From a virus, in the IMG/VR virus record IMGVR_UViG_3300045988_183785, positions 305 through 64,304 of that record: DNA of 64,000 bases; one strand, 5' to 3'. Below are positions 49,957-58,287 of the stretch, piece after piece; position 1 is the first letter of the stretch, and every line of letters starts with the position of its first letter. Under the pieces are notes generated by a model. It was not told where the DNA came from. It saw only the letters and a program-made list of their open reading frames with translations, and did not search any database. The position numbers and the translations under genes were made by a program.

Positions 49957-50693
49957 CAGAACTTCACCTCCTCAAATTCAATGACCCATACCCACGGGTT
50001 TCCGGCCCACTTTGACAGGGCCTTGTGTTCGGGAATCGTGCTGTCCCACAGCTCGATAAACTTCTCCTGAAGGGACATGGTGTTCTCGCCGGAGGTACTG
50101 TCACAGGTGATGCCCTCCTTAGTGAAGTCCTCGTCCTTCATGTCATTCAAATGTTCCAACCGCACATCCGTCACACGCAGGAAAATGCGTGCCGCCTCTT
50201 TGGGCATATGAATGGACGGTGTCCAGTGAATGAGGGAACTCACCTCAGGGGAGTTTTTCAAATCCTCATCCGAATAATCGGCCTTATAGAGCCAGCGGTT
50301 CTCGGCGCAGGCACAAGTCGTCTCACGGACATACAGGATATCGCCCTTATCAAACGGGGCGCGAAAGCTGCGAATAACGGTATTCTCATCAGCGAAAGCG
50401 GCCACGAGACGTCCGTCTCCGTCGCGATACAGTCCATCCGCTCTCTTTCCTGCGAAGTGGAATGCACCACGGCGAGTCACTGTCTTGCGACCCTCCCGGA
50501 TGGCTCGAACCATCTCTCCGTTGAAAATAATGGGCTTAGGCTTTTTGTCCTTAAAGGCATCGGGGTCAAAATGGATGCCGGCTTTCTCGCGCAGTTCCTT
50601 GCAACGAGAGCCACGATAGATGTCTGTGTCGCACTCTTTGACAGGACAATGTGAGAGGCAGATTCGCCGCTCATAAGGTTCCTTTCTGGGCAT
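49956..50693 (-). CDS. PUA-like (ASCH / DUF3850-type) domain protein
   Basis: PIIFNGEMVRAIREGRKTVTRR resembles the GxKTxExR / GRKTQTRR signature of ASCH-like prophage proteins. The assignment is tentative. Confidence 0.4.
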   Translation of the reverse strand: MPRKEPYERRICLSHCPVKECDTDIYRGSRCKELREKAGIHFDPDAFKDKKPKPIIFNGEMVRAIREGRKTVTRRGAFHFAGKRADGLYRDGDGRLVAAFADENTVIRSFRAPFDKGDILYVRETTCACAENRWLYKADYSDEDLKNSPEVSSLIHWTPSIHMPKEAARIFLRVTDVRLEHLNDMKDEDFTKEGITCDSTSGENTMSLQEKFIELWDSTIPEHKALSKWAGNPWVWVIEFEEVKF

Positions 50694-50721
50694 ATGTTTT
50701 TTCTCCTTTCTTTTCCGGGGG

Positions 50722-51174
50722 TCACTCGTATTCCTGACAACAAAGGTCGTAGACCTTATGCAGCGCAGCTAACGCCGCCTCAGGAATATCCTGAGTGTCC
50801 ATATCAAACCATTCGCCGAGCAATCCGGTAACATCTCCAAGGAACAGGAACTCGTCGAACACTTCCGACGGCGTACCGGAACCTTCTTTGCTTACTTTGC
50901 GCCGCTTATGTGGTGAAGTTCCGCGACAGGCATCCAGTGCATCCTGCAGGAGCGATACCGCACCCTTGGGAATTTCACCGGTATCCATTTTCAGCCAATT
51001 TACCAGAGTCTCGATAACATCATCGAGGAACACATAATTGCACTCGCAGATAATTCTCGCCATCTGCAAATGTCGAATTGCGTCCGTTGGGATGTCGGTA
51101 ATGTCATACTCGGTGAGCTGCTTCTTCAGGCTTTTTACGACCTCATCGCGGGACAAAACTTTGTTTCTTCCCAT
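50722..51174 (-). CDS. Hypothetical protein with two internal ~25-aa repeats
   Basis: ATG preceded by AGGAGAG. Repeats WLKMDTGEIPKGAVSLLQDALDAC and WFDMDTQDIPEAALAALHKVYDLC. Confidence 0.4.
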   Translation of the reverse strand: MGRNKVLSRDEVVKSLKKQLTEYDITDIPTDAIRHLQMARIICECNYVFLDDVIETLVNWLKMDTGEIPKGAVSLLQDALDACRGTSPHKRRKVSKEGSGTPSEVFDEFLFLGDVTGLLGEWFDMDTQDIPEAALAALHKVYDLCCQEYE

Positions 51175-51203
51175 GTTACTCTCCTTTCTTTTTTTTGCGG
51201 ATT

Positions 51204-51755
51204 TCAACTGCTCTGCCTCAGTGTATCAGGCACGGCACCGAAGCTCTGCGCGGCTGGGTAGGCGGGAGGGAAGGGGATAGCCCCTCCTCTCGCTACCTGA
51301 GCCACCACGAGGGTGCTAATGCCGCCAGAGGGCGTTCTGTATTGCTGAACGCTTGGCGTGTAGAGAAACCCATCTACCGCTTGTCTCACGGTCATTGTGG
51401 GGTATTTTGGCGCCCGCCAACGATGCTCCTTAGAATAGTAGATTTCCCTGACCCGGCACGTTGCAACTGTGACGGGAATGAGGGGATTGTCTACCGTATG
51501 TTCACACACGATGGCGATAGATGTCTTTCCAATTCTGGAAGCATCCTCCACCATGCGCTGGAGCGCGAGTCTCTGACCATAAGGCATTGCGGCATTACGA
51601 TGCTTTACCTCAAAGAAAACATACCCCTTGTCGTGATACTCAATGAGTCCGTCGATGTCGGTAGGATAACAGTTACCCTTGTTTTCAATAGTCATGCCCG
51701 TGAAGCTGACGAGCTGTTTCATTCTTGCGGGAAATCTAATGTAGTCCTTCCTCAC
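51204..51755 (-). CDS. Hypothetical protein (about 184 aa)
   Basis: GTG start 5 nt after AGGAGG. The longer ORF call has no RBS. Confidence 0.4.
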   Translation of the reverse strand: MRKDYIRFPARMKQLVSFTGMTIENKGNCYPTDIDGLIEYHDKGYVFFEVKHRNAAMPYGQRLALQRMVEDASRIGKTSIAIVCEHTVDNPLIPVTVATCRVREIYYSKEHRWRAPKYPTMTVRQAVDGFLYTPSVQQYRTPSGGISTLVVAQVARGGAIPFPPAYPAAQSFGAVPDTLRQSS

Positions 51756-51783
51756 GGGAGCCTCCTTTTTGCCGGCATCCCCC

Positions 51784-52116
51784 TCAGCGGGGGATGCCTT
51801 TGCCGTTTTTGAGCATGGAAATGACTTTTGCGGCCAAGAAATCGTCGGCCACAAACTGGTTATAGCCGTTTTTCAGACCGTTGCTGGAGAAATCTTCTGT
51901 GTCCTTGGCGTAGCGGCACATGGATTTGTCGGAAATAGGTCCATAGCAAGAGTGCTCGGTGGTTACATAGACGCAACTCTCTCCGCAAGTCACGAAGCCA
52001 GAGCAGCCGCGCTTCTGTCCGTTGACTGTGATGTTCTTCAGGTGCGTGGTAATGTCCATGCCCATCTGTTCTGCCAAAGAGGTAAGTCCGTTTTTCAGCT
52101 TTACAGAAAGCAACAT
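51784..52116 (-). CDS. Hypothetical protein (about 110 aa)
   Basis: ATG at MLLSVKL with a weak RBS. Confidence 0.35.
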   Translation of the reverse strand: MLLSVKLKNGLTSLAEQMGMDITTHLKNITVNGQKRGCSGFVTCGESCVYVTTEHSCYGPISDKSMCRYAKDTEDFSSNGLKNGYNQFVADDFLAAKVISMLKNGKGIPR

Positions 52117-52118
52117 TC

Positions 52119-52871
52119 TTACACCGCCTTTCTTTCTACCCAGACATCGCCCAACTTGGCGCACTCGCCGTGGTAAGGGCAGTCGTGATAGGTTTCGCAA
52201 CCCTCATCAACGAAGGTCTGGCAGGTGCCACAGTCCAAATTGTGATGCAGAAGACGCTGGATAACATCCCGCGCATTTTCGGTCTCTACCGCGAGGTAGG
52301 AAAAAGCTCTCGCCTTGACGCTTGCATCGTACTCATCCGTGTAGTAGAGGGAAGACGCACAGAGAACCTTTGCGCCGAACACACGGCGGCACTCCTCATC
52401 GGAGAGCATTTCACCGGCAAACGGGAAAAGACCGCGTCTGCCTCTGAGCTGGTTGCTGACGTGTGTGTGCGCGTTCTTTGCCAACTTAACGCCCTCACGA
52501 GCCTCATCCAGTGTGTCGAAGGACAACGCACACACATCCACAAGAGAACCTTCGCCGATAGGGGAGTGGTTCACAAAAAGCATCGCGTATCTTCTGCTGG
52601 GAAGGGTTGCAGTTCTCGCTGCATCCTCGCCTTCGAGACACACGTAACGCGCCACTTTGTCGTCCCACACATACTTCTCACAGGAGGTGCAGGTGTTCTC
52701 TGCCTTATCACATCCGGATTTCGACGCAACGACCTTCAGCTCGGCTGCTTTTTTTTCTGCCTCGCACTTATCCACAGCGGCAAAGCACACTTTTCGTCCC
52801 TTTTCCTCATCGAAACGATAGTGCTCACATAACGCACAGGAACCAGCAGGCTTTTCACAGATATATGCCAT
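52119..52871 (-). CDS. Cys-rich hypothetical protein (250 aa), first gene of operon 3
   Basis: ATG preceded by AGGAGAAAAAT. Many CxxC pairs (CALCEH, CTSCEKY, CGTCQTF, CPYHGEC). Confidence 0.45.
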   Translation of the reverse strand: MAYICEKPAGSCALCEHYRFDEEKGRKVCFAAVDKCEAEKKAAELKVVASKSGCDKAENTCTSCEKYVWDDKVARYVCLEGEDAARTATLPSRRYAMLFVNHSPIGEGSLVDVCALSFDTLDEAREGVKLAKNAHTHVSNQLRGRRGLFPFAGEMLSDEECRRVFGAKVLCASSLYYTDEYDASVKARAFSYLAVETENARDVIQRLLHHNLDCGTCQTFVDEGCETYHDCPYHGECAKLGDVWVERKAV

Positions 52872-52924
52872 ATTTTTCTCCTTTCTCCCAGCCTGTGTTA
52901 AGGTCTTATGGGAACAAAAATGTA

Positions 52925-53112
52925 GTGAATATATAAAAAGACAGTCGTTCTCAAAAGAGAACAACTGTCTTGAATGTGATGATGTGACTGAAAACGGAGA
53001 CAAAGCTCCTTATAAAAATATCTTCGTAATTATACTACTATACTACCACATTTCCTTATAATGTCAACGGTTTCGACGCAAAAGAAAAGAGCCGCACAGC
53101 GGCTCTTTTTTT
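52925..53112 (-). promoter_or_regulatory. Repeat module R3 (terminator, promoter, leader and attenuator hairpin)
   Basis: Same architecture as R2. The leader hairpin is AAGACAGTTGTTCTC-tttt-GAGAACGACTGTCTT followed by TTTTATATAT. Confidence 0.6.
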
Positions 53113-53124
53113 TAGGCTTGTTGT

Positions 53125-54084
53125 TCACGCTTCTACGTAAACTGGTTTAAGATACTGTGCGCTGAGAAATTTGCCTCGCAAGGAAGAAATCTTTGCCTCA
53201 GCGTCTTTCTCACTGATAAACCTCTGAGCATCATCCACGGAGGACGTGTACTGGAGGTTGTTCTTCACGGATTTCTTCACATACTTCCCTGCGTATGCCT
53301 TTTCCGTACACATAACGACATAGGGCCGAGGCGCCGTCATCTTGCGCGTTACGGTCTTGAACTCAAGTCCCATTACGCTGATAACCTCTCCCATTGCTGC
53401 CGTAGCTGCTTCCGCAGACGGGTAGTGAATGGCATCTCTGACATCCTTTGTGAAATGCACAGTTATTCTTCCAATCACATTATCAAATGCACGCACATAG
53501 CCCGCGTTGCGCTTTTGAACTACAAGCGGACCCTTTACATCCCGCGCTCTGGCAGGTCGCAGGCGCTCGCCGCGCTGTGTTCCGCTGAACGACATGAAGA
53601 TGTAGTGGTCCTTGTGTTCTTTTACCAGTTCCCGTGCCTCATCCAGCCAGACTTCCAGCTCATCCGTTGTTCTGACATACCTCCACAGCAGATGGTCGCC
53701 GGACGTATAGGGCATCAGCCCTACATTCAGGTCGTTGACGCCGGGATTGGCGGCGAGGATGTCCTCCAGCGTGGCGGCATCCTTTGCGGCGCGAGCAAAC
53801 CATTTCCGTGCCTGAGAGCAAGTGACCCACTTGCTGTTCATCTTCCAGCACTCATCATCGGTGTCGGGGAAGGTGGTATTCACCTTCGCCACAAATTCGT
53901 CCTCAGGAAGTTCCAGAAGATTGATTCCTCCCAGCAAGAACCAGTGGCGCTCGCGAATCTCTCGCGGCTTGAAATTCCTGTCGTAGATGAACTCGGAGCA
54001 GTTGTTGCTGCCACCCAAGGCAAGGGGAATGATACCACGAGTTGTCTTGATGAAAGAGCGGGCATCAATGATAGTGTATCCCAT
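53125..54084 (-). CDS. Hypothetical protein (319 aa), last gene of operon 4
   Basis: ATG at MGYTIID. No confident domain. Confidence 0.45.
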   Translation of the reverse strand: MGYTIIDARSFIKTTRGIIPLALGGSNNCSEFIYDRNFKPREIRERHWFLLGGINLLELPEDEFVAKVNTTFPDTDDECWKMNSKWVTCSQARKWFARAAKDAATLEDILAANPGVNDLNVGLMPYTSGDHLLWRYVRTTDELEVWLDEARELVKEHKDHYIFMSFSGTQRGERLRPARARDVKGPLVVQKRNAGYVRAFDNVIGRITVHFTKDVRDAIHYPSAEAATAAMGEVISVMGLEFKTVTRKMTAPRPYVVMCTEKAYAGKYVKKSVKNNLQYTSSVDDAQRFISEKDAEAKISSLRGKFLSAQYLKPVYVEA

Positions 54085-54100
54085 TTTTACATCTCCTTTC

Positions 54101-54370
54101 TTACATCTCGCCATCCTCGGCAGCGGTTATAATACCGAATCTGAGGTTGTTGTTGATGTCGTAGATACTTAATCCGCTATCAAAGTCCTTGCGGAGCTGC
54201 GTCGCAGCGGCCTCTACGGAGTCTTCGCCGTACTCAAACGTCTCGGACTCGACGCAGGTTGCCACAAGCTCCTTCAGCTTTGCGCGGGAAGTCGTCGCAG
54301 AAACCAGACGCATAGAGTCTGTTGCTTTCCAAGCGTCACAGGCAAACACGATGAAGATAGGATTACTCAT
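54101..54370 (-). CDS. Hypothetical small protein (89 aa) immediately downstream of the MazF-like gene
   Basis: ATG at MSNPIFIVF. It overlaps the stop of the MazF-like gene by 8 nt. Confidence 0.4.
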   Translation of the reverse strand: MSNPIFIVFACDAWKATDSMRLVSATTSRAKLKELVATCVESETFEYGEDSVEAAATQLRKDFDSGLSIYDINNNLRFGIITAAEDGEM

Positions 54371-54941
54371 TTTCGGCTTGCTCCTTTCTTCTTCCAACGG
54401 TGGCTGCGGGGTACGGTGTGGCCCGCTTGTTGTTGCTGTCCATGATTCGCATAACATGGACAAGCATCTCGGAATATGCCCTGTGCATGGTTTCATACCG
54501 CGCACGCCATGTATTATCATCATTGTCGTTCACGCGAGCACTCAGCCCCATGCTGTAGTACAGCGCGGCGTCGATGTCTACCAGCTCCGCTTCAGTCAGG
54601 TGGCAGATATAGGCTCCCAGCTCATTGACAGAAACTGCCATCGGCTGCTCGCACAGTGCTGTGCTGGGGCGGCTCGTGCTCGTGATGAGTACATGGGAGG
54701 GCTGCTGCATCTTTGGAGATGATGTCGTAAATACGACCTCCACTACACTGCTGTAGCGGTTCAGGTCATCCGAAGATACAACGATTGCGGGACGATGCCC
54801 TCTGATAACAGAGCTATTGGAAGGATGTCCGTCTTTATCGCGGAACTGGCTTCCTTCCGGGGCCCAAGGGGAAAAGATTTCGATTTCTTTCGCATTGACC
54901 CAAAAAACATCGCCCCTGCGGATGTTTCCATTTCTACCCAT
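54363..54941 (-). CDS. MazF/PemK-family toxin-like protein with a C-terminal extension of about 70 aa
   Basis: RGDVFWVNAKE...GHRPAIVVSSDDLNRYSSVVEVVFTTSS matches the PemK/MazF signature (RGDIY.VDF...RPAVVIS...N.....V.VVP.TS). Total length 192 aa, against about 110 aa for canonical members. Confidence 0.6.
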   Translation of the reverse strand: MGRNGNIRRGDVFWVNAKEIEIFSPWAPEGSQFRDKDGHPSNSSVIRGHRPAIVVSSDDLNRYSSVVEVVFTTSSPKMQQPSHVLITSTSRPSTALCEQPMAVSVNELGAYICHLTEAELVDIDAALYYSMGLSARVNDNDDNTWRARYETMHRAYSEMLVHVMRIMDSNNKRATPYPAATVGRRKEQAENE

Positions 54942-55149
54942 AGATTCTTGTCTCCTTTCCTTCAGAATTGGTTACACACGACGGAATGCCGAAAAAAGAC
55001 AGAACCGCTTTAAGCGGCTCTGTCTCCATGCAGTCGATATGACACTGTTTGTTTTCGTAGGGTGCCTCGACAAATTCTTCGCCAACCTCAATGGGTTCGT
55101 GGCAAATGCAGCATTCGCCGGCGTAACGAATTTTCTTTTTTGCTTTCAC
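54934..55149 (-). CDS. Small zinc-ribbon protein (71 aa), a candidate cognate antitoxin
   Basis: Contains CCICHEPI...CHIDC. Its stop overlaps the start of the MazF-like gene by 8 nt. Confidence 0.4.
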   Translation of the reverse strand: MKAKKKIRYAGECCICHEPIEVGEEFVEAPYENKQCHIDCMETEPLKAVLSFFGIPSCVTNSEGKETRIYG

Positions 55150-55170
55150 AATGAATTTACTCCTTTCTTT

Positions 55171-55374
55171 TCAAAGTTGCCGAGACAGTGTTACGGCTGC
55201 CTGCTGGCGTCGTCTTTCGCAGTTTCTTCGCTGCACTTCGATAGCTTCGCGAGCCTCCGCAATACACTGCTTCGCACGCCTATCCTGTTCAGAAGAGAAA
55301 GATGCGTAGCGCTCAGAGTAGACGGAATCCATACGCTCGGCTCTCTCAATTAACTCATACAGCGGTGTAGACAT
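55171..55374 (-). CDS. Hypothetical small protein (67 aa)
   Basis: ORF within operon 4. Confidence 0.3.
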   Translation of the reverse strand: MSTPLYELIERAERMDSVYSERYASFSSEQDRRAKQCIAEAREAIEVQRRNCERRRQQAAVTLSRQL

Positions 55375-55390
55375 AGCTTCTCCTCCTCGT

Positions 55391-55663
55391 TTATTGAATG
55401 TTCATGCCTACGGCGCGAGGACCTTCTTTGGACCAAGTTTCCTTGAGCCAGTGATAGGTGATTGTGCTATCTTCGGGACTCTTGTCTGGGTAGCAGGGAA
55501 GGTATGCTGCGGAGTACAAGTCTCTGCACTGACTGAAGTACACATGATTCCAGTCAGCCCACACATCACCAAGAGAACGGATAGCTCGCTTGAACGACCG
55601 AAAGCTCTGTGGCGTGTGAACTACGATGGCATTTGCTCCGTTCCACTTTCCATTCCACATCAT
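55391..55663 (-). CDS. Hypothetical protein (90 aa)
   Basis: ORF within operon 4. Confidence 0.35.
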   Translation of the reverse strand: MMWNGKWNGANAIVVHTPQSFRSFKRAIRSLGDVWADWNHVYFSQCRDLYSAAYLPCYPDKSPEDSTITYHWLKETWSKEGPRAVGMNIQ

Positions 55664-55929
55664 TGCACTTCACCTCCCTGATACGTCGGGCGGCTGCGTC
55701 TGTTACGGAACGGAGGCATCACCGGTGCGGTGTAGCTGGTCAGCTCACCCGTCATTTTGACAGGCACACACTGGAGCAATCCGCGCTGTTTTCGATACTG
55801 GTGAGCCAAGTTGTTGCGAGCCTGTTTCTCAGAAACCGCCATAGTCGTCCCGCCCCACTTATTTGTGGTAATGTCGTCATAGACACGAACGGGTCCGAGA
55901 TAGCTGAAAACCATTTTTGCCTGTGCCAT
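55660..55929 (-). CDS. Hypothetical protein (89 aa), first gene of operon 4
   Basis: ATG preceded by AGGAGAAAACAT. Confidence 0.35.
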   Translation of the reverse strand: MAQAKMVFSYLGPVRVYDDITTNKWGGTTMAVSEKQARNNLAHQYRKQRGLLQCVPVKMTGELTSYTAPVMPPFRNRRSRPTYQGGEVQ

Positions 55930-55964
55930 TATGTTTTCTCCTTTCTTATTGTGTTGTAATGTAA

Positions 55965-56160
55965 AAAAATATATAAAAAGACAGCTATCCCTGTCTTGGG
56001 ATAACTGTCTTGAATACTTGGTGTGACTGGAAGCGGAGATAAGTCTCCTTATAAAAATATCTTCGTAATTATACTATTATACTACCACAATTATTTATAA
56101 TGTCAACAATGGCAGAGAAAAAAGAGGCGGCTTTCGCCTGCCTCTTTTTTTACCTTATTT
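55965..56160 (-). promoter_or_regulatory. Repeat module R4 (terminator, promoter, leader and attenuator hairpin)
   Basis: Read on the minus strand: TTGACAttataaataattgtggtagTATAATagTATAATtacgaagatatttttataAGGAGActtATCTCC...AAGACAGTTATCCC-aagaca-GGGATAGCTGTCTT followed by a T run. Confidence 0.6.
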
Positions 56161-57322
56161 CCTCGGAGTATTGTGCCATCCAGCAGTCGCAAAGGGCTTC
56201 CGCTACGACCTCACTTCTATCGTTATCGTCAGAAATCATCAGGATTGAAGAAAGGGCTGACCGCATACCTTCATCGAGCGTAAACTCCCTCTCGTTTCCA
56301 CTTTTATCTGGGACATTTGTTCGAGCAAGCAGCGTCGAATATTTCGTATAATCGGGGGAAATGAAATAGTCCACAGCCGTGTCGAGTCCAATACTCAGCA
56401 TCATAAGATTGCCGGTCGTTCCCATTGGTTCTTTCTTTCCGGACTTCTTCTCCGGTCTCATAAGAGTTCCGTTCTTGTCAAAGAATATTGCCCTATCTGA
56501 CTTTTCAAATGTGTCTACAGGAACGCTAAAGCATCTGATTGCCATGTTCTTAAAAGGAGCACTGGCGTCTTCACCGAACAGTGAGGAAGCATTACAGCAG
56601 TCATTTTCCATCTTCTCGTTAAGCCGCTTTATATAAAGCTCCTGAAAATCAATGGGAGCACCTGCGCTGTCCGCGTATACGTAGTTTTCTGGCTTTTTGC
56701 CGTCTGCCGTTTCCCTTACCATGTACTGCTCGTACTGCTTGCACATTTCTTTAATCTTAACTTGTATCCGCAAGGAATCGGAAAACGGAACTGCTGAGAT
56801 TTGGGAGAAAAGGGAGGAGTAGTTGTGAGGGAGGTGGATGGGCGCACACTCATCTCCGAATAAGACTTTTTCGCAGGACTTGTCAAGGAAAAAGTATGAG
56901 GTTTTGTAAAGACCTTCAACAGACGCATAAAACCCTTCAGGCAGCCGTCGCGTCTGCTTGCCGTCTGCTGGAGGCGAAATGCGTAACTCAAACGGGCCCA
57001 CAGAGGTAAGCGCACCGTCCTCAGGCTCCTTGAGGCGCGACATTTTAGTTGCGTCCATGCCGATTTCTGCGCCAATTTGCTTCACATTCCATTCTCCATA
57101 GACACGTGGCATTTTGGTAATGGCAAACAGCTCTTCGTACACTCTCGCGGAAACAAGCCTGCGTACCAAAGTGAGCTCATCGCTGAATTCGGCATATATT
57201 CCGAGCATTTCCTTGTAATTCAATTTTTCCGACTTCTCGGCGGAAGAGAACCGCGTATTGAGTTTTGTCGCCCATTTATTGCAGTCGATATATGCGTTGA
57301 CTGCACTATCCTTTTTTCTCAT
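56150..57322 (-). CDS. Hypothetical protein (390 aa)
   Basis: Long ORF downstream of recG, ending at a strong terminator (GAGGCGGC-tttc-GCCTGCCTC plus T run). Confidence 0.45.
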   Translation of the reverse strand: MRKKDSAVNAYIDCNKWATKLNTRFSSAEKSEKLNYKEMLGIYAEFSDELTLVRRLVSARVYEELFAITKMPRVYGEWNVKQIGAEIGMDATKMSRLKEPEDGALTSVGPFELRISPPADGKQTRRLPEGFYASVEGLYKTSYFFLDKSCEKVLFGDECAPIHLPHNYSSLFSQISAVPFSDSLRIQVKIKEMCKQYEQYMVRETADGKKPENYVYADSAGAPIDFQELYIKRLNEKMENDCCNASSLFGEDASAPFKNMAIRCFSVPVDTFEKSDRAIFFDKNGTLMRPEKKSGKKEPMGTTGNLMMLSIGLDTAVDYFISPDYTKYSTLLARTNVPDKSGNEREFTLDEGMRSALSSILMISDDNDRSEVVAEALCDCWMAQYSEEIR

Positions 57323-58287
57323 TTGTTTTCCTCCTTAAAGTGTTCAAGTCTTTCGGAAAACTTTTGCAGCGCTTTTCTAAACTCAATTTTGCAGGTGGTT
57401 GACATGAAATAATAGGCGGAAACAATATCTTCTGTCGTAGAGTTTTTCGCATAAAGTCGCATTGTGCTTGGCATCCCCATGAGCCAGTGTAAAGAGACGC
57501 CAAAGGCAGCCGCTATATGCGGCAGAATTCTTTCGTTGCTTGTGGAGCAGGAGGGTCTCACCAACATGATATTCGCCAACTCGTGAATGACATCCTTTTG
57601 TTTATCATCTAATTCAAAATTGCCTTTTCCGGACTGAATCAATTCATCCAAATCGAGAATATCCTGTCGCTTAAATGAACATCTGTGGGAAAAAACGTAC
57701 TGTACTCGCGCAGAAGGGCGCAGCAATAAGCTGCGTTTTTTATCATCCCAGAATTGATGTATCCACATCGTATCAATCATGCCGAGAGCTGACTCTCTTA
57801 TGCATCCGTCTCTTATCGTTTCTGGAAAGCTATCTACAAGATTATAGACTTCTTGAACATCTGGCGGCAGGCTGCTGAAAGCTGGAAAGTTTTTATCTCC
57901 GAATCGAATCATTTCCTCGTAAGATATGTCCAACTCGGCAAGAATCCGAAAAACGATTTGCCAGTTAAATCCCTGCCAGCCTATAAATCGCTGTGTTTCT
58001 CCGTTTGTAATGGGAGTTTTATCAAATAAAAGGGCTGGCAGCTTTTCTTCTGGACAATTAAGCTGTTCGGCTAACCGCAGCTTTTTCATTTCTGCCCTGT
58101 ATGGCGTGGTGTCTGTGATAATGTTGTTTACTCTTGCCATGTTGCCTGCATCCTCCGCAATTCTTAATTTGCGGAGGAGCAGGACTATAGAGGTATAGAC
58201 AGTTGTTGAGACGTTTTCTCCGTACCTTATATCGTCTCCAGCTCGTGCCGGCTTTGTGGGATTTGTTCTTTTATAAATAGCACTCAT
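57319..58287 (-). CDS. Hypothetical protein (322 aa)
   Basis: Translationally coupled to recG (4-nt overlap). Confidence 0.45.
   Translation of the reverse strand: MSAIYKRTNPTKPARAGDDIRYGENVSTTVYTSIVLLLRKLRIAEDAGNMARVNNIITDTTPYRAEMKKLRLAEQLNCPEEKLPALLFDKTPITNGETQRFIGWQGFNWQIVFRILAELDISYEEMIRFGDKNFPAFSSLPPDVQEVYNLVDSFPETIRDGCIRESALGMIDTMWIHQFWDDKKRSLLLRPSARVQYVFSHRCSFKRQDILDLDELIQSGKGNFELDDKQKDVIHELANIMLVRPSCSTSNERILPHIAAAFGVSLHWLMGMPSTMRLYAKNSTTEDIVSAYYFMSTTCKIEFRKALQKFSERLEHFKEENK

Noticed and set aside
33438-56160. Intact prophage
   Set aside because: No terminase, portal, capsid, tail, lysis cassette, replication or integrase genes. Only scattered phage-associated families (YopX, MazF-like, CobS/T-like).
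43000-56160. Repeat modules as integron attC sites or gene cassettes
   Set aside because: No integron integrase or attI. Each 'cassette' is a multi-gene operon with its own promoter. The repeats have promoter and terminator architecture rather than attC-type imperfect palindromes.
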